Assembly: GCF_000011465.1 (NCBI RefSeq)
Contig: NC_005072.1
Location: 420,001-452,000 of the forward strand
Direction: 5' to 3'
Length of the DNA: 32,000 nucleotides
From: Prochlorococcus marinus subsp. pastoris str. CCMP1986
GTDB lineage: Bacteria > Cyanobacteriota > Cyanobacteriia > PCC-6307 > Cyanobiaceae
Under the pieces are notes generated by a model that saw nothing but the letters and a program-made list of their open reading frames with translations, searched no databases and was not told the DNA's origin. The position numbers and the translations under genes are program-made. Positions 10,039 to 18,919 of the stretch are shown here, in pieces (the stretch's first letter is position 1; each line of letters opens with the position of its first letter).

Positions 10039-10551
10039 ATGTTTTTAAAAGATCATCTAAAAGATACTTACCAAAAAGCATCTTTTGATAACAATCATTT
10101 GATGTTAGAAAATATAATTAATATATGGGCACATAGGTTTGGACCTGAATCTTTAAATGAACTATTTGTTAAAGATCAAGATCAAGATCAATTAAAATTG
10201 ATAGAAGAGAATCAGGCAGAGGCAAGTCAGAATCAAATCAATTTGGAATTAATAGAAGATCATCAGTCAGAGGCAAATCAGAATCAAACCAATTTGGAAT
10301 TAATAGAAGAGCATCAGTCAGAGGTAAATCAGAATCAAATCAATTTGGAATTATTAAAAAATCTTCAATACGAAGAAAAGATAGAATTTAAACCTAAAGA
10401 AACAAAAAAATCAAATAATACTGAAATTATTAATAAAGATATTTATGGTTCTTATAAAAATGAAAGTGAATTTAAAGATAAAGAAGAATTGCCATTACCT
10501 AATATAAAAAACTTGAGAAAATGGATTAATAACGAGAAAAAAGCCAGCTAA
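10039..10551 (+). CDS. Hypothetical soluble protein with three 17-aa tandem repeats (IE[ED][NH]Q[AS]E[AV][SN]QNQ[IT]NLEL) and a Lys-rich tail
   Basis: 170-aa ORF starting 7 nt after the permease stop. No TM helix or signal peptide is evident. The repeats are in frame. Confidence 0.6.
   Translation: MFLKDHLKDTYQKASFDNNHLMLENIINIWAHRFGPESLNELFVKDQDQDQLKLIEENQAEASQNQINLELIEDHQSEANQNQTNLELIEEHQSEVNQNQINLELLKNLQYEEKIEFKPKETKKSNNTEIINKDIYGSYKNESEFKDKEELPLPNIKNLRKWINNEKKAS
10201..10353 (+). repeat. Three near-identical 51-bp direct tandem repeats inside the 170-aa ORF
   Basis: Hand-aligned units at 10201-10251, 10252-10302 and 10303-10353 differ at only a few positions. A GATCAA x3 microsatellite lies just upstream at about 10172-10189. 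Confidence 0.95.
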
Positions 10552-10555
10552 GTTT

Positions 10556-12301
10556 TTACATCATTCCTGGCATACCCATGCCGCCCATTCCTGGCATACC
10601 CATGCCGCCCATTCCTGGCATACCCATTCCACCCATTCCTGGCATACCCATTCCACCCATTCCACCCATTCCACCCATTCCACCCATTCCACCCATTGGA
10701 TCTGCCCCTGGTCCTCCAGGTGCTGCCTCTGGTTCTGGGATATCAGCAACTGCAACTTCCGTAGTAATTATCATTGCAGCGATTGATACTGAATCTTGAA
10801 GAGCTAATCGAATAACTTTAGTAGGATCTAATATTCCTGACTCGTTTAAGTTTTCATATTCCCCATTATTAGCATTAAAACCCTTACCAAGTCTTTTTAT
10901 ATCAGCGATAACAACATCTCCATTAAAACCAGCATTTTTTGCAATTTGTTTTGTAGGTTCTAAAAGTGCGTTTGTAATAATATCTATACCTGTAGTCAAA
11001 TCATCTGATATTTCTTTACGTGAATTAGAAAGTTCATTTGATATTTCAATTAAGGTTTGTCCTCCCCCTGAAACAACTCCTTCCTCGATAGCAGCTTTTG
11101 TAGCATTGAGTGAATCTTCTATTCTTAATTTTTTATATTTCATCTCTGTTTCTGTCGCAGCCCCAACTTTAATAAGAGCTACTCCTCCAGCAAGTTTTGC
11201 TATCCTTTCGTTTATCTTATCTTTATCGTATTCCGATTCAGTTATTTCTACTTCCCTTTTTAATTTCTCAACTCTTTCTTGGACAAGGTCTTTGGTATCG
11301 TCGAAAGCTACGATTGTTGTTTTATCCTTTGAAATTGTTATTTTTTTAGCTTTTCCAAGATCATTAAGAGTAACTTCTTCTAATTTCATTGATTGATCTT
11401 CGCTAATTAATTTAGCTCCTGTAAGAATTGCAATATCTTCCAGGGCAGCTTTTCTCCTTTCTCCAAATGATGGAGCTCGAACAGCCGAAACATTTAATAC
11501 ACCACTATTTTTATTTAATACAAGAGTTGTTAGAGCTTCCCCTTCAATATCTTCAGCTAGAATTAAAAATGGAGAAGCAGATTTTTGAACCTCTTCGAGG
11601 ATAGGGACCAAGTTGGTTAATGTTGATATCTTTTGGTCAGTGATTAGGATCTTAGGATTTTCAAGTTCACAAATTTGTCTTTCTTGATCTGTTACAAAAT
11701 AAGGTGAACTATAACCTCTATCAAAAGACATTCCTTCTGTGATGTCTAACTCTGTCTCTAGGGATTGTGATTCTTCTACTGTTATAACCCCATCTGAGGT
11801 TACAATATCCATTGCTTTTGAAATTATTGAACCAATATCTTCATCTCCTCCTGCACTTACTGTCGCAACTTTTTTAATATCGGAGCCATTTATTTTGATA
11901 CTCTTTGATCTTAATTTTTCTAAAACAAAATTTAATCCTTTCTCCATTCCTTTTTTTAGCTCAATAGGACTAGCTCCCGCAGCTATATTTTTTAAACCTT
12001 CTTGAACCATTATTTGAGTCAAGATTGTTGCTGTTGTTGTTCCATCACCAGCACTCTCTTTAGTTTTTGATGCTACTTGTTCTATTAATTTTGCCCCTAA
12101 ATTAGAGATGGGATTGTCAAGGTTGATTTCTTTAGCAACAGTAGATCCATCTCTTACTATGTCTGGAGAACCGAATTTTCTTTCTATTACGACATTCTTT
12201 GCCTTTGGACCAATAGTAACTTTAACAGCATTTGCGACAGTATTTATTCCTTTTTCAAGCGCTTCTCTAGATTCGTTCGAAAAGCTTAATTGTTTTGGCA
12301 T
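10556..12301 (-). CDS. groEL: Chaperonin GroEL (60 kDa), orphan copy without adjacent groES
   Basis: Motifs GDGTTTAT and [12 protein letters not shown]. 581 aa with an extended GGM/MPGMGG C-terminal tail. No groES-like ORF lies upstream. Confidence 0.97.
   Translation of the reverse strand: MPKQLSFSNESREALEKGINTVANAVKVTIGPKAKNVVIERKFGSPDIVRDGSTVAKEINLDNPISNLGAKLIEQVASKTKESAGDGTTTATILTQIMVQEGLKNIAAGASPIELKKGMEKGLNFVLEKLRSKSIKINGSDIKKVATVSAGGDEDIGSIISKAMDIVTSDGVITVEESQSLETELDITEGMSFDRGYSSPYFVTDQERQICELENPKILITDQKISTLTNLVPILEEVQKSASPFLILAEDIEGEALTTLVLNKNSGVLNVSAVRAPSFGERRKAALEDIAILTGAKLISEDQSMKLEEVTLNDLGKAKKITISKDKTTIVAFDDTKDLVQERVEKLKREVEITESEYDKDKINERIAKLAGGVALIKVGAATETEMKYKKLRIEDSLNATKAAIEEGVVSGGGQTLIEISNELSNSRKEISDDLTTGIDIITNALLEPTKQIAKNAGFNGDVVIADIKRLGKGFNANNGEYENLNESGILDPTKVIRLALQDSVSIAAMIITTEVAVADIPEPEAAPGGPGADPMGGMGGMGGMGGMGGMGMPGMGGMGMPGMGGMGMPGMGGMGMPGMM
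10561..10692 (-). repeat. Coding tandem repeats (4 x 24 bp followed by 4 x 9 bp) that encode the GroEL Gly-Met tail
   Basis: Units of cattcctggcatacccatgccgcc / ...attccacc at 10561, 10585, 10609 and 10633. Then cattccacc units at 10657, 10666, 10675 and 10684. Confidence 0.95.
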
Positions 12302-12434
12302 GTTTATTAAATCTTTATATAATTATTCTAATGTCCCATGGAATTATATTTAAGGGATACTTAATTAAGTGGGGAAAGCCGAATTTCTCTTAAATAGCTA
12401 TCCAAATTAATCAAATTATGAGTATCTTAATGTT

Positions 12435-12614
12435 ATGGATAAAACAGGGAATCTTATTTTTACTTTAACTGCCACACTAGCAGCTGCAATGACTCTTATA
12501 TATTTTCCTCTTAGATTTTTTTTGACTTTAACTGCTAGAAGTCGAAGATTAAAACTTCTACAAAAGATTAGAAGATTAAGGGATGAGTTGGTTCAACCAT
12601 ATGAAAGTACATAA
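12435..12614 (+). CDS. Small hypothetical membrane protein (59 aa), absent from the ORF track
   Basis: Hand translation: MDKTGNLIFTLTATLAAAMTLIYFPLRFFLTLTARSRRLKLLQKIRRLRDELVQPYEST. One hydrophobic helix, then a basic amphipathic tail. It fills an otherwise empty gap, and its stop abuts the fabG stop. Confidence 0.45.
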   Translation: MDKTGNLIFTLTATLAAAMTLIYFPLRFFLTLTARSRRLKLLQKIRRLRDELVQPYEST

Positions 12615-13364
12615 TTAAATACTCATGCCCCCATCAATACTTATTGTTTGTCCTGTTATATAGCTTCCAGCATTACTCGAGACTAAGAATGAAACTAAGT
12701 TTGCTATCTGTGAACAACTACCTAGCTTTCCTAATGGTATGGCTTTGATAATCTCTTCGTTATTTAGTTTTTCAGTCATTTCTGTTTCTATAAAACCTGG
12801 AGCTATAGCATTAACATTTATCCCTCTTGAAGCAAATTCTTTTGCACAGGTTTTTGTAAAGCCAATAACACCTGCTTTTGCGGCAGAATAATTTGCTTGT
12901 CCAGGATTTCCAATTATTCCGACAATAGATGAGATATTAATTATCTTTCCGCTTCTTTTTTTTATCATAAATTTTGAAGCATATTTTGTACAAAGAAAAA
13001 CCCCTTTTAAGTTTGTATTTAGAACGTCATCCCATTGTTCTGATTTCATTCGCATTAAGAGCCCATCTCTTGTTATGCCAGCATTATTTACAAGAATATC
13101 TATAGCACCATTTATCTTTATGATTTCTTCAAAAGCCTTACTAACAGATTCTTCTTTTGAAACATCAAATTTTAATTTATGAACTTTGCCTCCAGACTCT
13201 TTAATTAGATTTACAACTTCTTCAGCTTTTTCATCAGACGAAGAATAATTTATTATGACTTTTGCACCTAAATTACTAAGTTCTAAGGCAATTTCTTTAC
13301 CAATGCCCCTGCTAGCCCCTGTAATTAAAGCAACTTTACCTGTTAAAGATTCTGTATTTGACAT
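12615..13364 (-). CDS. fabG: 3-oxoacyl-ACP reductase
   Basis: SDR motifs TGASRGIGK, NNAG and YSAAK. 249 aa. Confidence 0.93.
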   Translation of the reverse strand: MSNTESLTGKVALITGASRGIGKEIALELSNLGAKVIINYSSSDEKAEEVVNLIKESGGKVHKLKFDVSKEESVSKAFEEIIKINGAIDILVNNAGITRDGLLMRMKSEQWDDVLNTNLKGVFLCTKYASKFMIKKRSGKIINISSIVGIIGNPGQANYSAAKAGVIGFTKTCAKEFASRGINVNAIAPGFIETEMTEKLNNEEIIKAIPLGKLGSCSQIANLVSFLVSSNAGSYITGQTISIDGGMSI

Positions 13365-13457
13365 TGTGAAATTTTTATAATTTAAAATCGTAGTACTATT
13401 TGTGCAAACATATTACTTTTATTTATAATTATCTAGAAAATATAAACTCAAATTATT

Positions 13458-14129
13458 GTGCATGTACTAATACCCGCGGCAGGCAGTGGTAGCAGAATGA
13501 AAGCTGGAAGAAATAAATTACTTATTGAATTAGAAGGGGAATCTCTTATTTTTTGGACTATAAAATCTGTATTATCTGCAAGTTTAGTCAGCTGGGTAGG
13601 AATAATTGGGCAGCCGTATGATAAACAAGAATTATTAAAATCAGTAAAAAATTTTTCTAACAAAATCAAATGGATAAATGGTGGAGATACGAGGCAAAAG
13701 TCTGTCTTTAATGGTTTAAATTCTCTTCCATCTACTGCTGAGAAAGTTTTAATTCATGATGGTGCTAGATGCTTAGTTGGTCCCGACTTAATAAATAAAT
13801 GTGCTATGGAATTAGAACAAAATGATGCAGTTATTTTAGCTACCAAGGTTACCGACACAATAAAGATTGTTGATAATAGAGGTTATATTAAGGAAACACC
13901 AAATAGACAAAATTTATGGGCAGCTCAAACGCCTCAGGGTTTTTTAGTAAAGAGATTAAGAAAAGCTCATGAAATGGCAATTGAGAAAAATTGGACGGTT
14001 ACAGATGATGCCTCGCTATTTGAAATGTTAAATTGGCAAGTAAAAATAATTGAGGGAAATTCATCAAATATAAAAATTACATCACCACTAGATCTGAAAA
14101 TAGCAAAACTATTTTTAAAAGATTTTTAA
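13458..14129 (+). CDS. ispD: 2-C-methyl-D-erythritol 4-phosphate cytidylyltransferase, GTG start
   Basis: The IPAAGSGSRM motif begins at residue 5. The frame opens at 13446 with no ATG before the motif, so the GTG at 13458 is the start. Confidence 0.9.
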   Translation: MHVLIPAAGSGSRMKAGRNKLLIELEGESLIFWTIKSVLSASLVSWVGIIGQPYDKQELLKSVKNFSNKIKWINGGDTRQKSVFNGLNSLPSTAEKVLIHDGARCLVGPDLINKCAMELEQNDAVILATKVTDTIKIVDNRGYIKETPNRQNLWAAQTPQGFLVKRLRKAHEMAIEKNWTVTDDASLFEMLNWQVKIIEGNSSNIKITSPLDLKIAKLFLKDF

Positions 14130-14998
14130 TAAGAAGGGATATGAATAATAAGTTTTCCATCGTCCCCATTTAATGTTGCTTCATAACCTAAAGGGATGCA
14201 TGCATTACCAGATAAATGTCCAATAGGAAGGTCAAAAAGAATAGGAATATCAAATTCTTGAAGCCTCTCAATTATTAATTTTTTGAGTAAGCCGTTCCAT
14301 TCAGGTGTACACACTTCATCTGAAAAACTTCCAAAACCAATACCTGAAATACCATTCAATTTGTTTGTCATTCTCAAATAAGTTAACATTCGATCAATTT
14401 TATAAATGTCTTCGTTTATGTCCTCAAATATTATTATTTTCCCTTTTAATTCAGGGAAATGATCAGTACCAATTAGAAAAGATGCAATAGTTAGATTAGA
14501 AACAACAATTTCTCCTTTTGCGATGCCTTTTTTTAAAGGTAAACCCTTAATATCATCAACATACCCCTCAAAAAGTAAATTTCTTAGTCTTCTTAAACTC
14601 CATTCAGGTTCTTTAAAAAGAGTAGTAATCATAGGTCCATGAATCGAGCCAAAAGATCCTTTTGAATATTTTGATAACAAGAGTGAACATGTATCAGAGA
14701 AACCAATCATTAACCCATTACCCCAATTTGGATTTTTTTCTAAAAGTCTTGCGGCGCCCCATCCACCTTTAGCAAAAATGATGACTTTCTTATTTTGAGC
14801 TTTTTCAAGTTCTTCAAATCTTGTTTGATCATCTCCAGCAAAATACCCAAACTTTCTTGAGAGGATATTATTGTGAACAATCTTCAATCCCCATGTTTTT
14901 AAAACATCTATGCCCTTTATAAAATCCTCTTCATTATCTATAAAAGAGCTTGGAGCTAAAATTTGAATCTCATCTCCTTTTTTTAATTTAACTAGCAT
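14126..14998 (-). CDS. ldcA: LD-carboxypeptidase (peptidase S66, muramoyltetrapeptide carboxypeptidase-like)
   Basis: 290 aa. The GFSDTCSLL nucleophile motif and a C-terminal GHLSGN His motif. Confidence 0.8.
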   Translation of the reverse strand: MLVKLKKGDEIQILAPSSFIDNEEDFIKGIDVLKTWGLKIVHNNILSRKFGYFAGDDQTRFEELEKAQNKKVIIFAKGGWGAARLLEKNPNWGNGLMIGFSDTCSLLLSKYSKGSFGSIHGPMITTLFKEPEWSLRRLRNLLFEGYVDDIKGLPLKKGIAKGEIVVSNLTIASFLIGTDHFPELKGKIIIFEDINEDIYKIDRMLTYLRMTNKLNGISGIGFGSFSDEVCTPEWNGLLKKLIIERLQEFDIPILFDLPIGHLSGNACIPLGYEATLNGDDGKLIIHIPSY

Positions 14999-15010
14999 TC
15001 TTTTTATAAG

Positions 15011-15898
15011 TTATGAGGCGATTATGAATCCCAATAATATTAAGCCTCCATATATAGATTGGTTTTTAAAATGATCACCAATTTTTTTAATGGATTGTTT
15101 ACTTTCAGGAAATATTTTCAAAATATCTTTTTGCATTAAAAATCCTGTTATTAACCAAATTGGCCAAAAAACAAAATTTAGTTGATTGATGAAAGCACAT
15201 ATTGCAAGAAAACTGGAAGTTAAAAAATAACAAATTTGAATAGTTTTTTTTGTATTGTAAGCAAGGTTAACTGCGGAACTGTTTACTCCAATTTGAATAT
15301 CATATTTTTTATCAGCCAAAGCATATACAGTATCAAAACCAAAAGTCCAAAAAATCGTAGCGAGCCAGCAAAATAATAAAACAATACTATTTATATTACC
15401 TTCGTTCGCAGCCCAAGGTATTACAACTGCAAATCCCCAGCATATAGATAAGATAAATTGCGGATATTTAAACCATCTCTTTGCAGAAGGATAAATTAAA
15501 ATTAAAGGTAAAGCAAAAAAAGCAAGTGAAAGAGAAAGTAGTCTTCCATTCTCTGGAAGCGACAAAGTTAAAAAGAAACTACATATAATCAAAAATATAA
15601 GTATTAAGTATGCCGTTTTAGTACTGATTTTATTTGCAGCAAGAGGTCTGTTTTTGGTCCTTAAGACTTTTTGATCTATTCTTTTATCCCAAATATCATT
15701 AGCAACACAACCTAAGCCACTAACTAATAATCCACCGATTAAAATTTTCAACAACATGTAAATGCTTGGATTTGATTCGGGCGTAAGATATAAACTCCAT
15801 CCAGCGGGAATAAGTAGAATAAGTCTCCCTGTCGGCTTATTCCATCTTAATAATTTAAAAAGGATATTAATTTTAGAATTTTGGTCTTTCTTTATCAC
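15011..15898 (-). CDS. ubiA: 4-hydroxybenzoate polyprenyltransferase (UbiA family; plastoquinone pathway in cyanobacteria)
   Basis: NDIWDKRIDQKVLRTKNRPLA motif. Polytopic, 295 aa. Confidence 0.85.
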   Translation of the reverse strand: MIKKDQNSKINILFKLLRWNKPTGRLILLIPAGWSLYLTPESNPSIYMLLKILIGGLLVSGLGCVANDIWDKRIDQKVLRTKNRPLAANKISTKTAYLILIFLIICSFFLTLSLPENGRLLSLSLAFFALPLILIYPSAKRWFKYPQFILSICWGFAVVIPWAANEGNINSIVLLFCWLATIFWTFGFDTVYALADKKYDIQIGVNSSAVNLAYNTKKTIQICYFLTSSFLAICAFINQLNFVFWPIWLITGFLMQKDILKIFPESKQSIKKIGDHFKNQSIYGGLILLGFIIAS

Positions 15899-16019
15899 AG
15901 GATCTTTATTTCATAACTTTAAATAATCTAACTAGAAATTAGGCAAATCTATAATTTAATAATCAATCTTAAGTATATTAATTACTGTATTTAGGATCTC
16001 TATTTTTTAGAGAATAAAA

Positions 16020-17618
16020 ATGATACAGAAAAAAAAATTAAGTAATCTGCAAGAAAAAGATATTTCCGTAGCCTCAATTGATATTGGAACCAACTCCACT
16101 CATCTCTTAATCGCTGAAATTAATTCAGATCTCAAATCCTTTTCAATAAAATTTACTGATAAATCTACAACACGTCTAGGAGAGAGAGATGAAGAGGGAA
16201 ATCTTACTGAGGAATCAATTCAAAGAGTTTTAAAGACCCTAAAGCGTTTTCAAGAGTACTGCAAAAGTAATGGTGTTAATCAAATAGTAACTGCTGCAAC
16301 GAGTGCTGTTAGGGAGGCTCCAAATGGTCGAGACTTTTTAAATAGGGTTCAAAGTGATTTAGATATTCAAATAGAACTTATAAGCGGATCTGAAGAGGCT
16401 AGATTAATTTATCTTGGTGTTTTGTCTGGGATGGTTTTGGAAGATAAGTCTTACGTAATTATTGATATAGGTGGAGGTTCCACAGAATTAATACTTGCAG
16501 ATCAAAAAGACGCAATAGCTCTTACAAGTTCTAGAGTTGGAGCTGTTAGGCTCAAAAATGATTTTTTTCTTGATAGTGAACCCATCAATAGAGAAAGATC
16601 TAATTTTTTGAGAACTTTTATTCAAGGCTCCTTAGAACCATCTATTGAAAAAATTAAAAGGAGATTACAAAGAGGAAAGACGGTCTCAATGATTGCTACA
16701 AGTGGAACTGCAATTTCACTAGGAAATTTAATTTTATCTGACCTTGGGCAGCCAAAACAAAAGATGCATGGTTATAAATTTAAAAAAGAAAATTTAGAGA
16801 TTGTCTTGGAAAAATTAATTAAAATGCCAATTTCTGAAATAAAGAAAATTCCTTCACTCAGTGAAAGAAGATCGGAAATAATAATTCCAGGTGCATTAAT
16901 TTTAAAAACCTCAATGGAGATGTTGAATTTTGATCAGTTGACAATTAGTGAGAGGGCCCTAAGGGAAGGATTAGTAGTTGATTGGATGCTTCGCCAAGGA
17001 ATAATAAAAAATGAATTTAATATTCAAAGTAATATTAGGAAAACTACCATAGTTCATCAGGCTAGAAAGTTTGGTGTTGATAAAGAAAGATCTGAGAAAG
17101 TTACTAATATCGCATTTCAAATCTATGATCAAACTAAAAATATTTTTCATGGAGATACTGATTCAAAAGCAAAAGATCTCCTTTGGGCAGCCTGTAACCT
17201 TTATGATTGTGGGAAATATGTAAATATAAGTTCTTATCATAAACATTCTTGGTATTTAATTAAAAACTGCGAATTATTGGGATATTCTCAATCCGAGACA
17301 AATATTATTGCTTCAATAGTTAGATATCACAGAAAGACTTTACCAAAAAAAAGACATGAATCTTGGCAAAGTTTAATCTCAAAAGAAGATAAAACATTAG
17401 TACTTGAAATGTCTTTAATTTTAAGATTAGCGGCCTCTCTGGATCAAAGACCTGAAAATGTCTTGTCTTCTATAAAAATTAAATTACTAAATAATATTTT
17501 TGCAATTGAACTGATACCTTTAAAATCAAATAAAGATCTTCTTCTCGAAAAATGGAGCTTAGAGTTATGTAGTAAGGTGGTTAAAGAATTAAAAAATTTA
17601 GAGTTGAAAGTTGTTTAA
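16020..17618 (+). CDS. ppx: Exopolyphosphatase (Ppx/GppA family with C-terminal HD domain)
   Basis: IDIGTNSTHLLI and IDIGGGSTEL ASKHA motifs. HD-like region YHKHSWYLI...RYHRK. Confidence 0.9.
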   Translation: MIQKKKLSNLQEKDISVASIDIGTNSTHLLIAEINSDLKSFSIKFTDKSTTRLGERDEEGNLTEESIQRVLKTLKRFQEYCKSNGVNQIVTAATSAVREAPNGRDFLNRVQSDLDIQIELISGSEEARLIYLGVLSGMVLEDKSYVIIDIGGGSTELILADQKDAIALTSSRVGAVRLKNDFFLDSEPINRERSNFLRTFIQGSLEPSIEKIKRRLQRGKTVSMIATSGTAISLGNLILSDLGQPKQKMHGYKFKKENLEIVLEKLIKMPISEIKKIPSLSERRSEIIIPGALILKTSMEMLNFDQLTISERALREGLVVDWMLRQGIIKNEFNIQSNIRKTTIVHQARKFGVDKERSEKVTNIAFQIYDQTKNIFHGDTDSKAKDLLWAACNLYDCGKYVNISSYHKHSWYLIKNCELLGYSQSETNIIASIVRYHRKTLPKKRHESWQSLISKEDKTLVLEMSLILRLAASLDQRPENVLSSIKIKLLNNIFAIELIPLKSNKDLLLEKWSLELCSKVVKELKNLELKVV

Positions 17619-18106
17619 TTTTTATTCATAAGTTCTTCTTTAGGAAGTTGATTTTGGAATGATTCTGAAAAAATATTAAAAATCAAAGATGAAGCTAATA
17701 GGCCTAATATTCCTGAAATTAAAATAAAGATAATAACCTTGATAGAATTCTGATTCTTCAAGCTTCTGTCATTCTTCGCTTTTATTGAGACTTCTTGAAC
17801 AATTTCTTCGATGTTTACTTCTTTCCGTTCAGTTTTGAATTCGCTCATTATAAAATCTGTATCAACTTTCAGCTTTTCAGAAATCCTACGAACCATTGCT
17901 TTTATAAAAACTTTTTCCGGTAAATGATCTTCATTACCCTCCTCTATAGCTTGAAGTTGGTGAGATCCAATTTTTAAATCAGAGGCTAATTCTTCAATTG
18001 ATTTGTTTCTGCTTACTCTTGCTTCTTTAATGAAATTGCCAATTCTTTTTAAAGATGAATTAATTTTGGGATTGTTGTCTGAATTATTAGATTTTATTTC
18101 GTTCAA
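17615..18106 (-). CDS. HTH (XRE-type) membrane-anchored protein, RodZ-like N-terminal module only
   Basis: 163 aa. The HTH region is IKEARVSRNKSIEELASDLKIGSHQLQAIEEGNEDHLPEKVFIKAMVRRI. A single TM follows (VIIFILISGILGLLASSLIFNIF), with only about 20 residues beyond it. Confidence 0.6.
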   Translation of the reverse strand: MNEIKSNNSDNNPKINSSLKRIGNFIKEARVSRNKSIEELASDLKIGSHQLQAIEEGNEDHLPEKVFIKAMVRRISEKLKVDTDFIMSEFKTERKEVNIEEIVQEVSIKAKNDRSLKNQNSIKVIIFILISGILGLLASSLIFNIFSESFQNQLPKEELMNKN

Positions 18107-18163
18107 AGCAATTAATTTTTCCCCAATTATAGTGTTATAAATCTATCTATCAACTTTATTCAA

Positions 18164-18919
18164 TTATTTGCCCCTAAAGAGATGCTTGTAAGATGGATTA
18201 TAAAGATTAGACCTATTCGCAATAGTATTAATTGCAGGACTAACAATATAAATAGTAGTTCTAATAAGTTCTTTCTCAAGAGTAAATTTTTCCATATCCT
18301 TCAATTCAATTAAAGATGTCCAACCATCATCCCAAGATACTCTATAACCAACAATTACTTTGGTTTCTGGAGGGTAAAATTCTAATAAAGTTTTTTGAGA
18401 ACTTTTTATGTGTCTAGCACTCAAATAAAGACATAAAGAGGATTTGTGCTTGGCAAGATCTTTAAGTGATTCTTTTTCAGGCATGCCAGTTCGGCCTCCT
18501 GCTCTAGTCAAAATTATAGTTTGAGTTATATCTGGAATTGTAAGCTCGGCCTGATGATAGGCGGCAGCGACCTGAAAAGCACTTACACCAGGGATTACTT
18601 CAGTCTCGATATTTTCTTGTCTTAATATTTCTAGTTGTTCTTTAACTGCACCATACAGGCATGGATCTCCATCATGCAATCTAATTACAGTTTTACCTTC
18701 ATTAAATCTTTCTATCATTATTGAAGTGATTTTTTCTAAAGTAAGCGTACTGGTTTTTATTTTTTCAGAACCTTTAAGTGAAAAATTTATAATTTTTTCA
18801 GGAATTAAAGAATCAGCCCAAAATATAACGTCTGCAGACTCTATTTTTTTTAACGCTTTGATTGTTAATAAATCAGGATCGCCTGGACCAACTCCAATAA
18901 ATGAGATCTTTCTAACCAT
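18164..18919 (-). CDS. cobM: Precorrin-4 C11-methyltransferase
   Basis: [11 protein letters not shown] tetrapyrrole methylase motif. 251 aa. 8-nt overlap with the lgt stop. Confidence 0.88.
   Translation of the reverse strand: MVRKISFIGVGPGDPDLLTIKALKKIESADVIFWADSLIPEKIINFSLKGSEKIKTSTLTLEKITSIMIERFNEGKTVIRLHDGDPCLYGAVKEQLEILRQENIETEVIPGVSAFQVAAAYHQAELTIPDITQTIILTRAGGRTGMPEKESLKDLAKHKSSLCLYLSARHIKSSQKTLLEFYPPETKVIVGYRVSWDDGWTSLIELKDMEKFTLEKELIRTTIYIVSPAINTIANRSNLYNPSYKHLFRGK

Noticed and set aside
10561-10799. Highly periodic 9- and 24-bp repeats, with long ORFs on both strands (10561..10755 minus, 10578..10799 plus). At first glance this could be a CRISPR-like or satellite array, or a Pro/Ile-rich repeat protein.
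   Set aside because: The repeats have no unique spacers. They lie in frame at the 3' end of groEL2, where they encode the GGM/MPGMGG tail. The other two ORFs are frame artefacts of the repeat.
12302-12434. I looked for a CIRCE element (TTAGCACTC-N9-GAGTGCTAA) or another heat-shock operator upstream of groEL2.
   Set aside because: No match, or even a near match, to the CIRCE inverted repeat is present. Only generic AT-rich sequence with TATAAT-like strings was found.
13391-13405. The TAGTACTA palindrome and an AGTACTATTTGTGC string in the fabG/ispD divergent region resemble the cyanobacterial LexA box (RGTACNNNDGTWCB).
   Set aside because: The second half-site has a mismatch at a conserved position (GTGC instead of GTWC). 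The flanking genes are not SOS-type, and such a short AT-rich palindrome is expected by chance.
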